DNA of 36,385 nt. It comes from Alphaproteobacteria bacterium (GTDB taxonomy: Bacteria > Pseudomonadota > Alphaproteobacteria > DATDPM01). The stretch is taken from assembly GCA_041479345.1 (NCBI GenBank), contig JBGOXX010000003.1, positions 1-36,385 on the forward strand, given 5' to 3'. A program made the translations under genes and the position numbers. The notes under the pieces are model-generated. The model made no database searches. It was not told the origin of the DNA and worked only from the letters and a program-made list of their open reading frames with translations. Below are positions 9,853-24,343 of the stretch, piece by piece; position 1 is the first letter of the stretch, and every line of letters begins with the position of its first letter.

Positions 9853-12741
9853 ATGGAATCGCGAAACACCCAAGACTCTTTGCTCCTCGGCGCGAACGCT
9901 ACTGTCGTCGCCGAGCTCTACCTCCAATATCTGGAAGACCCAGGCTCAGTCGATCCAAGCTGGGCCGCCTATTTTGCGTCTCTCGGCGATGACGCAAGCC
10001 AACTGGTCTCCGATCTGAAAGGGGCGAGTTGGGCGCCCCGCAAAACCAAAGTGATCGGCGCTAACGGCGCGAATGGTGCTGCGGCGCCCGCGCGCCTTCC
10101 GCAAGCCGGAATTCCGAGCGAGGAAATCTCGGAGCAATTGCGCTCCGCCTGCCGGGATTCGATCCGGGCGATTGCCATGATCCGCGCCTATCGCGTGCGC
10201 GGCCATTTGATGGCCGATCTCGATCCCCTCGGCTTGGAAGGCCGCGGCGCGCATCCCGAGCTTCAGCCCGAGACTTACGGATTTATCGAGGCCGATCTCG
10301 ACCGCGAAATCTATGTCGGCAAATTCATGGGCTTCGAGCGGGCGACGCTCCGGCTGATCCTGGAAAAACTTCACCGGACTTATTGCCGCTCGGTCGGCGT
10401 TGAATTCATGCATATCCAGGATCCCGATCAAAAGAATTGGATCCAGGAACGCGTCGAGCGCAATGAAAGTCAGCCGAACTATTCGGCGCAAAATAAACGC
10501 GCGATCCTCGCCGGTTTGATCTCCGCCGAAACCTTCGAGCGATTCCTCGACCGCAAATTCACCGGCACCAAGCGTTTCGGGCTCGATGGCGCCGAATCTG
10601 CGATTCCGGCCCTTGAGCAAATTTTATCCAGTGGCGCCTCGCTCGGTGTGGAAGAGATTATCGTCGGCATGCCACACCGCGGCCGTCTCAATGTGCTCGC
10701 CAACTTCCTGGGCAAGCCGTTCGCCGCGATCTTTTCCGAGTTCCAGGGCGGTACCGCGTTCCCCGACGACGTGCTCGGCTCCGGCGACGTGAAATATCAC
10801 CTCGGCACCTCTTCCGACCGCGACGTGGAAGGCCATTCTGTGCATCTCTCGCTCACCGCCAATCCCTCGCATCTCGAGGCTGTCGATCCGGTCGTGCTCG
10901 GCAAGGTGCGGGCGAAGCAGACTCGGCGGAGCACCGGCAATGGCGCCCGCGATATGCGCGACAAGGTCATGGGATTGTTGATGCACGGCGACGCCGCCTT
11001 CGCCGGCCAGGGCTTGGTCGCCGAGACATTCGATCTTGCCGAATTGAAAGGGTATCGCACCGGCGGCACGATCCATTTCATCGTCAACAATCAGATCGGC
11101 TTCACCACCAGCCCCAACTATTCTCGCTCCTCGCCCTATTGCTCGGATTTGGCGAAGGGCGTTCAAGCCCCGATCTTCCATGTCAACGGCGACGATCCGG
11201 AGGCGGTGGTGTTCGTCTCGGGGCTCGCGATGGAATTCCGCCAGCAATTCAAGAAAGACGTGGTGGTGGACATGTTCTGCTACCGCCGCTTCGGCCACAA
11301 TGAAAGCGACGAGCCGGCCTTCACCCAACCGCTGATGTATAAAACCATCGGCAAGCATCCGACGACGCGTGAAATCTACGCCGAAAGGCTCGAAAACGAA
11401 GGCATGCTCGCTGCCGGCGAGGCGGATGCGATGGTTGCCGAGTTTCAACGCATTCTCGAAGACGCTCTGGCTTCGTCGAAGGCCTATAAGCCCAACAAAG
11501 CCGATTGGCTCGAGGGCACGTGGAGCGGATTCGAAGTGGCGCGCGGCGAGGCGCGGCGCGGCGAAACGGCCGTGCCGGAAAAGATGCTGCGCGACATCGG
11601 CATGCAGCTGGTCAAGGTGCCGAAATCCTTCCATCTTCACCCAAAGCTGGGACGGCAATTCACGGCCAAGCGCGAGATCATCGAGAAAGGTGCCGATATC
11701 GATTGGGCAACCGCCGAAGCCCTCGCCTTCGGCACGCTTCTGAGCGAAGGCACTCCGGTCCGCCTGAGCGGCCAGGATTCGGGACGCGGCACCTTCAGCC
11801 AGCGTCACGCCGTCCTGATCGATCAAGAAACCGAAGACCGGTTCATTCCGCTCAATAATCTCGCGAAAGGGCAGGCGCTGTTCGAAGTTATCGACAGCCC
11901 GCTTTCGGAAGCGTCGGTTTTGGGTTTCGAATACGGTTACAGCTTGGCCGAACCCCACGCCCTGGTCATCTGGGAGGCCCAGTTCGGCGATTTCGCCAAT
12001 GGCGCGCAGGCCATCATCGATCAGTTTATCTGCTCCGGCGAATCAAAATGGCTGCGCATGTCCGGTCTCGTCATGTTGCTGCCCCACGGCTATGAAGGCC
12101 AGGGACCGGAACATTCTTCCGGCCGCATGGAGCGGTACTTGCAGCTCTGCGCCCAGGATAATCTCCAGGTCGCCAATTGCACGACCCCGGCCAGCTATTT
12201 CCACATTCTGCGCCGCCAAGTGCGCCGTCCGTTCCGCAAACCGCTGATCGTCTTCACGCCGAAATCGCTGCTGCGCCACAAACTCGCCGTTTCGTCCTTT
12301 GACATGATGGCGGAAGGCAGCTCGTTCCATCGCGTGCTTCTCGAACACGGGCGGCTCTGCCCCGATGACGACGTAAAACGGGTCATCTTGTGCTCGGGCA
12401 AGGTCTATTACGATTTGTGGGAGGAACGGCAAAAGCGCGACTTGAAGAATGTCTTCTTTATCCGTCTGGAACAGCTCTATCCGTTTCCGTACCGGGCGCT
12501 GGCGGCGGAACTTGCGCGCTTCCCCAAGGCGGACGTCATCTGGTGCCAGGAGGAATCGATGAATATGGGCGCCTGGACTTTTGTGGCGCCGCGTATTCAA
12601 GATGTGCTGACGCAAGTCAAAACCGCGAGCAAGACTCCGGTCTATGTGGGTCGCGGCGAATCGGCGTCGCCCGCCACCGGCTTACATAGCCGCCATATCG
12701 CGGAACAGCGGCAATTGGTCGATCAGGCCCTGACTCTTTAG
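9853..12741 (+). CDS. sucA: 2-oxoglutarate dehydrogenase E1
   Basis: AYRVRGH, GMPHRGRLN, ThDP motif HGDAAFAGQG...NNQ, RLSGQD, WEAQFGDF and GPEHSS. Confidence 0.97.
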   Translation: MESRNTQDSLLLGANATVVAELYLQYLEDPGSVDPSWAAYFASLGDDASQLVSDLKGASWAPRKTKVIGANGANGAAAPARLPQAGIPSEEISEQLRSACRDSIRAIAMIRAYRVRGHLMADLDPLGLEGRGAHPELQPETYGFIEADLDREIYVGKFMGFERATLRLILEKLHRTYCRSVGVEFMHIQDPDQKNWIQERVERNESQPNYSAQNKRAILAGLISAETFERFLDRKFTGTKRFGLDGAESAIPALEQILSSGASLGVEEIIVGMPHRGRLNVLANFLGKPFAAIFSEFQGGTAFPDDVLGSGDVKYHLGTSSDRDVEGHSVHLSLTANPSHLEAVDPVVLGKVRAKQTRRSTGNGARDMRDKVMGLLMHGDAAFAGQGLVAETFDLAELKGYRTGGTIHFIVNNQIGFTTSPNYSRSSPYCSDLAKGVQAPIFHVNGDDPEAVVFVSGLAMEFRQQFKKDVVVDMFCYRRFGHNESDEPAFTQPLMYKTIGKHPTTREIYAERLENEGMLAAGEADAMVAEFQRILEDALASSKAYKPNKADWLEGTWSGFEVARGEARRGETAVPEKMLRDIGMQLVKVPKSFHLHPKLGRQFTAKREIIEKGADIDWATAEALAFGTLLSEGTPVRLSGQDSGRGTFSQRHAVLIDQETEDRFIPLNNLAKGQALFEVIDSPLSEASVLGFEYGYSLAEPHALVIWEAQFGDFANGAQAIIDQFICSGESKWLRMSGLVMLLPHGYEGQGPEHSSGRMERYLQLCAQDNLQVANCTTPASYFHILRRQVRRPFRKPLIVFTPKSLLRHKLAVSSFDMMAEGSSFHRVLLEHGRLCPDDDVKRVILCSGKVYYDLWEERQKRDLKNVFFIRLEQLYPFPYRALAAELARFPKADVIWCQEESMNMGAWTFVAPRIQDVLTQVKTASKTPVYVGRGESASPATGLHSRHIAEQRQLVDQALTL

Positions 12742-12768
12742 ACGGGCCGGCAGGGGAACGGGGAACTC

Positions 12769-14043
12769 ATGACGACACAAATCACGGTGCCCGCACTGGG
12801 CGAATCGGTGACCGTCGCGACGGTCGCCAAATGGCTCAAAAAAGTCGGCGAGCCGGTCGCCGTCGATGATGCGCTGGTTGAGCTCGAAACCGATAAAGTG
12901 ACATTGGAGGTCTATGCCCAGACCTCCGGCACCCTGGCCCAAATCCTGGCCGAAGAAGGCGCGGAAGTCCCGGTGGGCGGTGCGCTGGGCGTCATTACCG
13001 AGGAAGCGGCGATGCAGGCGGCACATCGGCCCGGCCGGACCGTCGCAGCGCCCAAAGTCGAACCTCCGGCTGCGCGCCCAGCGCCCATCCTGGCACCTCA
13101 ACCGGTGGCGCCTCAAGCCGCGGCGGCGCAGCTCCTGGCGCCGGCGGTGCGGAGATTGGTGGACGAGCATCGCCTGAACCCAGCGGCCATTCACGGCAGC
13201 GGAAAAGGCGGCCGCGTGACCAAGGGCGACGTGCTCGCCGTCGTCGAAACGCGTAAACACGAGCCGCCGAAACCGGCGCCGACATCGATACCGATGCCAC
13301 CGGGGTTCGAACCTTCGCCCGAACCGGTGGCCCCCGAGACCAGGCCGCGGGAAGAACGCACCCGCATGACCGGCTTGCGCCGGCGCATCGCCGAGCGGCT
13401 GAAAGCCGCGCAAAACACCGCGGCGATGCTGACCACCTTCAACGAAGTGGACATGACGGCAACTTTGGCGGCCCGCGACCGCTACCGCGAAGCCTTCGAA
13501 AAGAAATACGGCGCCAAGCTCGGCTTCCTCTCCTTTTTCGTCAAAGCGGCGATTGCGGCGCTGAAGGAAATTCCGGCGGTAAACGCCGAGGTCGACGGCG
13601 AAGACATCGTCTACAAGAATCATTACGACATCGGGGTTGCGGTCGGAACGCCCCAAGGTCTGGTGGTTCCGGTGGTGCGCGACGCCGACCGTCTATCGAT
13701 TGCCGCGCTCGAACTCAAAATCGCCGAACTGGCGAAGAAGGCGCGGGACGGGAAGCTGGCGCTCGGCGATCTCTCCGGTGGAACCTTCACCATCACCAAT
13801 GGCGGCGTCTACGGCTCGCTGATGTCGACGCCGATTCTCAATCCGCCGCAATCGGGAATCTTAGGGATGCACAAGGTTCAGCAGCGACCCGTGGCGGTGG
13901 ACGGCAAAATTGAAATCCGTCCGATGATGTACGTGGCGCTCACCTACGACCACCGCGTCGTCGATGGGCGCGAGGCGGTGACGTTTCTGGTGCGCGTCAA
14001 GGAATGCATCGAGGACCCGCAGCGCATGCTGCTCGATATCTGA
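12769..14043 (+). CDS. sucB: Dihydrolipoamide succinyltransferase E2
   Basis: Lipoyl motif ELETDKV, E3-binding [10 protein letters not shown], and catalytic YDHRVVDG. Confidence 0.96.
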   Translation: MTTQITVPALGESVTVATVAKWLKKVGEPVAVDDALVELETDKVTLEVYAQTSGTLAQILAEEGAEVPVGGALGVITEEAAMQAAHRPGRTVAAPKVEPPAARPAPILAPQPVAPQAAAAQLLAPAVRRLVDEHRLNPAAIHGSGKGGRVTKGDVLAVVETRKHEPPKPAPTSIPMPPGFEPSPEPVAPETRPREERTRMTGLRRRIAERLKAAQNTAAMLTTFNEVDMTATLAARDRYREAFEKKYGAKLGFLSFFVKAAIAALKEIPAVNAEVDGEDIVYKNHYDIGVAVGTPQGLVVPVVRDADRLSIAALELKIAELAKKARDGKLALGDLSGGTFTITNGGVYGSLMSTPILNPPQSGILGMHKVQQRPVAVDGKIEIRPMMYVALTYDHRVVDGREAVTFLVRVKECIEDPQRMLLDI

Positions 14044-15458
14044 TGGCGAAGGCGAACGGCACATACGATCTAGCGGTCATCGGGGCCGGGCCCGGCGGCT
14101 ATGTCGCGGCAATTCGTGCGGCACAATTGGGCATGAGTGTCGTTTGCGTCGACAAGCGCGAGACTCTCGGCGGAACTTGCCTCAATGTCGGCTGCATTCC
14201 GTCGAAGGCGCTGCTCACTTCCTCGGAGAAATTCGCGGAAATCGGCCACGGCCTCGAGCGATTTGGAATATCGGCGGGAAAACCGTCGCTCGATCTCACG
14301 GCCATGTTGGAAAACAAAGATAAGAACGTCAGCGACAATACCAATGGCGTCGCCTATCTCTTCAAGAAGAATAAAATCACCGCGATGACCGGTGCCGCAC
14401 GGCTCGCCGGCAACGGCGCCGTCGAAATCACGAACGGCTCGAAAAAGCCGGAAACGATTCAGGCCGGCAATATTGTGATCGCGACCGGGTCCGAACCGAT
14501 CCCGCTCCGCAACGTCCCCATCGACGAAAAACGAATCGTCACCTCGACCGGCGCATTGTCGTTAACTTCTGTGCCGAAGCGCATGGTGGTTGTCGGCGGC
14601 GGCTATATCGGGCTCGAACTCGGTTCGGTTTGGCATAGGCTGGGCGCTGAGGTGACGGTCGTCGAGTTTCTTGACCGCATCGTTCCCGCCGTGGACCGGG
14701 AAATCGGCCAGCAGTTCAAACGCATTCTCGAAAAGCAGGGATTGAAGTTCCGGCTATCGATGAAAGTTACCAGCGCCGAAACGACGAAGACCGGCGTCTT
14801 GCTGAAAATCAGTCCCGCCAATGGCGGTAACGAAGAATCTCTCGAAGCCGATGTGGTGTTGGTGGCGATCGGCCGGCGGCCCTTTACGGAGGGGCTTGGA
14901 TTGGCGGAAGCAGGGGTTGCCATCGATAATTCGGGACGCATCAAAATCGACGAGCATTTCCGGACTTCGGCCGAAGGCGTCTATGCCATCGGCGACGTGA
15001 TCGCCGGACCGCAACTGGCCCATAAGGCGTCGGACGAGGGCATTGCGGTCGCCGAAATTCTCGCCGGCCAAGCGGGTCATGTGAATTACGAGGCAATCCC
15101 GTCGGTGGTTTACACCGCCCCCGAAGTCGCCTCGGTGGGGCGCACGGAAGAAGAGCTGAAGGACGCAAGCGTTCTCTATAAAGTCGGAAAATTCCCCTTC
15201 ACCGCCAATCCCCGCGCCCGCATTTACGGCGCCGTCGAAGGCATGGTGAAGATTCTGGCGGACGCCAAAACCGATCGCATCTTGGGCGTGCACATTCTTG
15301 GCGCCGATGCGGGAACGATGATTCACGAAGCGGTGGTGGCGATGGAATTCGGCGGATCGGCGGAAGATCTGGCGCGCATCTGCCACGCCCATCCGACCTT
15401 GAACGAAGCCGTCCACGAAGCGGCTCTGGCCGTCGGCGGCCGGGCTATTCACATCTGA
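14043..15458 (+). CDS. lpdA: Dihydrolipoamide dehydrogenase E3
   Basis: GAGPGGY, GGTCLNVGCIPSK, GGGYIG and HPTLNE motifs. TGATG overlap with sucB. Confidence 0.96.
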   Translation: MAKANGTYDLAVIGAGPGGYVAAIRAAQLGMSVVCVDKRETLGGTCLNVGCIPSKALLTSSEKFAEIGHGLERFGISAGKPSLDLTAMLENKDKNVSDNTNGVAYLFKKNKITAMTGAARLAGNGAVEITNGSKKPETIQAGNIVIATGSEPIPLRNVPIDEKRIVTSTGALSLTSVPKRMVVVGGGYIGLELGSVWHRLGAEVTVVEFLDRIVPAVDREIGQQFKRILEKQGLKFRLSMKVTSAETTKTGVLLKISPANGGNEESLEADVVLVAIGRRPFTEGLGLAEAGVAIDNSGRIKIDEHFRTSAEGVYAIGDVIAGPQLAHKASDEGIAVAEILAGQAGHVNYEAIPSVVYTAPEVASVGRTEEELKDASVLYKVGKFPFTANPRARIYGAVEGMVKILADAKTDRILGVHILGADAGTMIHEAVVAMEFGGSAEDLARICHAHPTLNEAVHEAALAVGGRAIHI

Positions 15459-15505
15459 CGGACATTTCCCTCCGAGCAAACACGCAGGATTTAACGCTCA
15501 CGTGT

Positions 15506-16495
15506 TTAACGCGCCCGGGGATGCGCCTTGGCATAAACCTTCATCAATTGGGCTTGGTCCACCGCGGTATAGCGCTGCGTCGTGGACAGCGACGCGTGAC
15601 CCAGCAATTCCTGAATCGCCCGCAAATCGCCGCCATCGGAAAGCAGATGGGTGGCGAAGCTATGCCGCAGGGCATGGGGTGTCGCGGTTTCCGGCAAGCC
15701 TAGATAGCCGCGCAGCTTGCGCATTTGACGCTGCACCACCCCGGCCTGAAGCCGTTTGCCGCGGGCTCCGACGAAAAGCGGATCGCCGGGCTGCAGTCGG
15801 AACGGGCAGGCGGCGAGGTAGCGCACGATCGCATCGCTGACAGCGGATAGGACCGGCACGACGCGTTCCTTATTGCCCTTGCCTTTGATCCGCAACAGAT
15901 CATCGAAGGGCGCCGCGCGCCGTTCCAAAGACAATGCTTCGTCGATGCGAAGGCCGCAGCCGTAGAGCAGGGATATGAGGGCTACGTCGCGCAAGCCGAT
16001 CCAGGGCTCTGCCGCCATGTCGCCGATCCGCGCCACCGCGTCCGCCGCTTCGTCTTCCGATAAAGGTTTCGGCAAGGAACGGGGAAGTTTCGGCGTGCGG
16101 ATGATCTTCAGCGACGGGTTGGAGAATTTTCGGCTGCGCTCGAGAAAACGAAAGAAGCTTCGCAGAGCCGACAACGCCCGCGCGGTCGAGGTTTTTGCGC
16201 GCTTCTCCGAAGTCCGCCTCGCCAGCCAAGCCCGGAAATCGGCGGCGCGCATTTTTTCAAGATCGGAAAGTTGAAGGGCGTCGCCCAGATGTCCGGTGGC
16301 GAAGGCCAGGAAATTCCCGATGTCGCGGCGATAGGCGGCAATCGTATGGCGCGCGCCGCGCCGCTCATGTTCGAGCCAGGAAAGCCAATCCGCGACGACG
16401 GAAGTGAGATCGGAAAAATCCGATTTCTTTGTCGCCCGGCCCGGCGTCACTTGGCCCGGTGCCATTCGGGCCGGCGGCATTCGGGCCGGCGTCAC
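15506..16495 (-). CDS. xerC: Tyrosine recombinase XerC
   Basis: LLYGCGLR, KGKGNKER, HALRHSFATH, LLGH and TQRYT motifs. Lies downstream of DUF484 as in typical xerC operons. Start is ambiguous among four in-frame codons. Confidence 0.9.
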   Translation of the reverse strand: MTPARMPPARMAPGQVTPGRATKKSDFSDLTSVVADWLSWLEHERRGARHTIAAYRRDIGNFLAFATGHLGDALQLSDLEKMRAADFRAWLARRTSEKRAKTSTARALSALRSFFRFLERSRKFSNPSLKIIRTPKLPRSLPKPLSEDEAADAVARIGDMAAEPWIGLRDVALISLLYGCGLRIDEALSLERRAAPFDDLLRIKGKGNKERVVPVLSAVSDAIVRYLAACPFRLQPGDPLFVGARGKRLQAGVVQRQMRKLRGYLGLPETATPHALRHSFATHLLSDGGDLRAIQELLGHASLSTTQRYTAVDQAQLMKVYAKAHPRAR

Positions 16496-16500
16496 TCGGG
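16441..16500. repeat. Four degenerate 15-bp tandem units at the DUF484/xerC junction
   Basis: ccggcgtcacttggc / ccggtgccattcggg / ccggcggcattcggg / ccggcgtcactcggg. Confidence 0.85.
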
Positions 16501-17232
16501 AAGATCGAGCCACACTCGGACGCTAAGCTCGACGACGCGGGCCAGGAAATTCAGCAATTCGGTTCCCTGGCCGGGGTGGAACATGTCGTCATGACGGGAG
16601 CCCATCGCCAAAATGCCGGTGGGGCTCTTGGCGCCGAAGCGCAGGCGCAACAAGGCGCTCGACTGCACGAGGCCGGTTGCGCTGCCGAATACCGCGCGCT
16701 CGCCCGGCCGCTTGCGGAAAAGTATGAAATCATGCCCGGCGCCGATCAGTTCGTCCACCGCGCCCCGTTGCAGGGTAAAGACGCCGCCTCCGACCGAGCG
16801 CGGCCATTTGGTATCGGCGACCTCGACGCATAGCGTCACCACATCGAGATCGAGGATCAGCGCCAGATCGGTGGTAATGACATGGATCAATTGCTCGAAA
16901 TCGTGGGCGCCAATGAGGGCCAGGGCCGCATCGTGAATCCGCCGCTGGCCCGACAGATTGTCGCGGCTGGTGAGCAGCAAATCGCGGTTATCGGCTTGGA
17001 GCCGCTCGGCTTCCGCGCGCAATCGCGCGATCAGGAAGTTCTGGAAATCCTCGACATTGTCGCCGCTCTGTTTGGCGGGGGGCGTCAAGGTCGCGATCAG
17101 GTCGGGATGACGGAGCAGAAAATCGGGGTTTTTCCGCAGGAATGCCGCAACCCGTGCGCCATCGAGTTCAGCCTTCGCCGAAGCGACGCCGTTGGCGGGA
17201 TTACGCGTGATCGGTTCCTGCTCCTGCGACAT
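16492..17232 (-). CDS. DUF484 (YigA-like) protein
   Basis: VAAFLRKNPDFL, a coiled coil, and a GAF-like C-terminus FHPGQGTELL.FLA. AAGGAAGGAA SD precedes ATG 17232. Confidence 0.85.
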   Translation of the reverse strand: MSQEQEPITRNPANGVASAKAELDGARVAAFLRKNPDFLLRHPDLIATLTPPAKQSGDNVEDFQNFLIARLRAEAERLQADNRDLLLTSRDNLSGQRRIHDAALALIGAHDFEQLIHVITTDLALILDLDVVTLCVEVADTKWPRSVGGGVFTLQRGAVDELIGAGHDFILFRKRPGERAVFGSATGLVQSSALLRLRFGAKSPTGILAMGSRHDDMFHPGQGTELLNFLARVVELSVRVWLDLPE

Positions 17233-17287
17233 TTCCTTCCTTGAGCATCCGTCCCGAGATGCTGCCGAGACTTCCACCGGATTGGGG

Positions 17288-17311
17288 ACCAGATCGGTCA
17301 CCAGATCGGTC
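17288..17311. repeat. 12-bp direct repeat x2 in the divergent DUF484/priA intergenic region
   Basis: accagatcggtc at 17288-17299 and 17300-17311. Confidence 0.8.
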
Positions 17312-17376
17312 AAAAACCCGGCTTGGCCGCTGCGCCATCGTGGCAGTGTTTTCGCAGCCCGGCTAGAGTGTATCCC

Positions 17377-19602
17377 ATGCCGGAAACGGGCGCCAGTTCC
17401 TCACAGCCGCTTGACATTCGCAACGAACCGGCGCGTGCGCGCGTGCTTCTGCCATTAGCGATTGATGGGGCTTACGACTATCGCGCACCGGCGCAGCTTT
17501 CGATTGCGCCGGGCGATTTCGTCGCCGTGCCGCTTGGCAATCGCGAACGGATCGGCTGTGTTTGGGATGGCGATCCAAGCGACAACAAGATTGCATCATC
17601 CCGCCTGAAAGATATCAAGCGCCGGTTGGAGGCCTTGCCGCTTACCGCTTCATTGCGCCGATTCGTCGATTGGGTGGCGCGCTACAATTGTGCGGCGCGA
17701 GGCGCCGTTCTCAAGATGGTGATGAGCGCGCCCGATGCGCTCGATCCCGAAAAGCCGCAGAGCGGCTATGTGCTCACCGCGAATTTCACGCCGCCGCCGA
17801 AATTCAAATGGACGGAGGCGCGGGAGCGGGTTCGCCGGGCCCTTTTGGCCAACCCGGCGCTTTCCGCCGCCGATCTTTCCCGCGAGGCCGGCGTTACGGC
17901 CTCGGTGATCAAGGGATTGACCGAAGCGGGAGCGCTCCGAACCGTCCCGATCGGAAGAGCACCGGTCTTCGCGGCGCCCGAAATCAAATCATCGGGGCCG
18001 CCGCTTTCGCCCGATCAACGGGCCTGCGCCGACGATCTCTCGGCAAAAGCCCGGTCCGGCGGATTTTCGGTGACGCTGCTCGATGGCGTCACCGGCTCCG
18101 GCAAGACCGAAGTTTATTTAAGTGCGATCGCCACCGCACTTTCCGCAGGCAAGCAGGTTCTGGTGCTGGTTCCCGAAATCGCCCTGACCGCGCAATGGCT
18201 GGGGCGATTTGAAGAGCGATTCGGAGCGCCACCCGCGGAATGGCATTCCGATCTAACCTCCGCTCAGCGCCGTCACATTTGGCGCGCGGTTGCGCAAGGG
18301 CGCGCCCGTGTCGTGGTCGGCGCCCGCTCCGCGCTGTTCCTGCCCTTTGCCGAACTGGGTCTGATCGTGGTCGATGAAGAGCACGATGCATCCTTCAAAC
18401 AGGAAGAAGGTGTCATCTATCAGGCCCGCGATATGGCTGTGGTGCGCGCCCATATCGAAAACATCCCGATTGCGCTGGTCTCGGCGACACCGTCGCTCGA
18501 AACTTTCGCCAATGTCGAATCGGGACGTTATCAACGCCTCCATCTGCCGGACCGCTTCGCCGGGGCGAAGCTGCCGGAAATTTCGCTCGTCGACATGCGC
18601 GCCGATAGGCCGCCGCGCCAAGCCTGGATTGCGCCGACTTTGCGTAAAGCTTTGGACGAGACCTTTGCGGCGGGCGAGCAAGCTCTGCTGTTTCTCAATC
18701 GCCGCGGCTACGCGCCGCTTACCTTATGCCGAACTTGCGGCCATCGCCTGCAATGCCCGAATTGCACGGCTTGGCTAGTCGAGCATAGACGGGAATCACG
18801 GCTGCGCTGCCACCATTGCGGGTTCACGACCCCGCCGCCGGCGACCTGTCCGAAATGCCAGTCCACCGATTCTTTTGCCGCCTGCGGGCCGGGGGTCGAA
18901 CGTTTGGCGGACGAAGCCACCGCACTTTTCCCGAAAGCCCGGATCGGCGTCATGACCAGCGACACGCTGCGCGGCCCCGGTGCGGCCGGCGATTTCATCG
19001 CCCGGGTGGAGGCGCGGGAATTCGATCTCATCATCGGAACCCAAGTGGTGGCCAAGGGGCATCACTTTCCGTTGCTGACCTTGGTCGGGGTGGTCGACGG
19101 TGACCTCGGACTTGCCGGCGGCGATCTTCGTGCCTCCGAACGCACCTATCAGTTGCTCTCCCAAGTATCGGGGCGCGCAGGAAGGGCCGAGCGCCCGGGC
19201 CGGGTCTACATCCAGACCTTTATGCCCGAGCATCCGGTCATGCAGGCGCTGCTGTCCGGCGATCGCGATCGATTCTATCAAGCCGAAGCCGCCTCGCGTC
19301 GCGCCCATGGCATGCCGCCCTATGGCCGTTTGGCGGCGATCATCGTGACCGGCGGCGACGAAAATGCGGTCATTGCCGCCGCGCGGAGCTTGGCACGCTG
19401 CGCTCCAACCGGGCCGGGGCTGACGGTTCTTGGCCCGGCACCCGCTCCCTTGCGCCGTCTGGCCTCCCAGTACCGCTGGCGGCTCTTGGTCAAGGCGGGC
19501 CGCGACGTGAACGTTCAGGCCGCCATCCGCGATTGGCTGGAAAGGGTTAAAGCGAAGGGGGTTCGCATCCGGATCGATATCGACCCCTACAGCTTCCTTT
19601 AG
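17377..19602 (+). CDS. priA: Primosomal protein N' (replication restart helicase)
   Basis: GVTGSGKT, DEEH, SATPS, two Zn-finger CxxC clusters, QVSGRAGR and terminal DIDP. Confidence 0.96.
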   Translation: MPETGASSSQPLDIRNEPARARVLLPLAIDGAYDYRAPAQLSIAPGDFVAVPLGNRERIGCVWDGDPSDNKIASSRLKDIKRRLEALPLTASLRRFVDWVARYNCAARGAVLKMVMSAPDALDPEKPQSGYVLTANFTPPPKFKWTEARERVRRALLANPALSAADLSREAGVTASVIKGLTEAGALRTVPIGRAPVFAAPEIKSSGPPLSPDQRACADDLSAKARSGGFSVTLLDGVTGSGKTEVYLSAIATALSAGKQVLVLVPEIALTAQWLGRFEERFGAPPAEWHSDLTSAQRRHIWRAVAQGRARVVVGARSALFLPFAELGLIVVDEEHDASFKQEEGVIYQARDMAVVRAHIENIPIALVSATPSLETFANVESGRYQRLHLPDRFAGAKLPEISLVDMRADRPPRQAWIAPTLRKALDETFAAGEQALLFLNRRGYAPLTLCRTCGHRLQCPNCTAWLVEHRRESRLRCHHCGFTTPPPATCPKCQSTDSFAACGPGVERLADEATALFPKARIGVMTSDTLRGPGAAGDFIARVEAREFDLIIGTQVVAKGHHFPLLTLVGVVDGDLGLAGGDLRASERTYQLLSQVSGRAGRAERPGRVYIQTFMPEHPVMQALLSGDRDRFYQAEAASRRAHGMPPYGRLAAIIVTGGDENAVIAAARSLARCAPTGPGLTVLGPAPAPLRRLASQYRWRLLVKAGRDVNVQAAIRDWLERVKAKGVRIRIDIDPYSFL

Positions 19603-19815
19603 TTCCCCGGTGCATCGCTTGCGTGGGCCATTAACCATAGGAAATTATTGATTCTTTTCGTTCAGACGGCGGCCTCGATTGGGACGGTTTGCCGCGTCTC
19701 GTGCCGTTGCAAGCCCCCAGAGCCTGTGATACCTATCGCTGCCTTTTCCGGCGCGCTTTTGGGCAGCGTAGGAAAAGTTTTTTTGTTCGCGGCGCCCTCA
19801 AAACGCGCCCCGATC

Positions 19816-19845
19816 TCAAGGGCCCAGCTTTCAAGGGCCCCGCTT
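19816..19845. repeat. 15-bp direct repeat x2 in the atpH leader
   Basis: tcaagggcccagctt / tcaagggccccgctt, followed by a partial ttaaagg. Confidence 0.8.
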
Positions 19846-19868
19846 TTAAAGGTAGGGGACAGGGTTCA

Positions 19869-20422
19869 GTGGCATCCCAACGTACCGGGAAAATCGCATT
19901 GCGTTATGCGACGGCCTTATTCGAGCTCGCCGATGAAGGCGCTGCGCTTGATCAAGTCGCAAACGATCTTCGCGCGCTGAAGGACATGCTGGCGCAGAGC
20001 GAGGATTTGCGGCGTTTGGTGCGCAGCCCCGTTCTTTCCCGCGGCGAGCAGGCCAGAGCCCTCGGTGCCGTTCTCGATCGCGCAAAAATAAGTACGCTGG
20101 TTCGCAATTTCGCGGCGCTGGTCGCCGCCAATCGCCGTCTCTTCGCGCTGGAACGGATGATCGACGCGTATTTGGCCGAGCTCGCCGCCCGCCGCGGCGA
20201 AATTACGGCGGAAGTCACGGCGGCTCAGCCGCTCAACCCAGCACAGACCGCATCGCTGACCGAAATGCTGAAGAAGCTCGTCGGCGGCAAGGTGGCCATT
20301 CAAACGCGTATCGACCGCGATCTTTTGGGCGGGCTTGTCGTCAAAGTCGGATCGAAACTTTTCGACGCATCGCTGAAGACCAAGTTACGCAAGCTCGAGC
20401 TTGCGATGAAGGGGGCGAGTTA

Positions 20423-20423
<1 letters not shown>
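19869..20423 (+). CDS. atpH: ATP synthase F1 delta subunit
   Basis: [13 protein letters not shown] and [18 protein letters not shown] motifs. Probable GTG start at 19869. Confidence 0.93.
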
Positions 20424-21952
<1,529 letters not shown>

Positions 21953-21975
21953 GATCGGGCGCGGGGTAAGCCAGG

Positions 21976-24332
<2,357 letters not shown>

Positions 24333-24343
24333 GGAGACCTATT

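Noticed and set aside
15506-16495. Phage or island integrase
   Set aside because: The DUF484-xerC context next to priA and lpdA is the housekeeping arrangement. No att sites or cargo genes were seen.
19689-19868. 60-aa N-terminal extension of AtpH
   Set aside because: The upstream TTG has no SD and lies in likely promoter/leader DNA. GTG 19869 gives a normal-length delta subunit.
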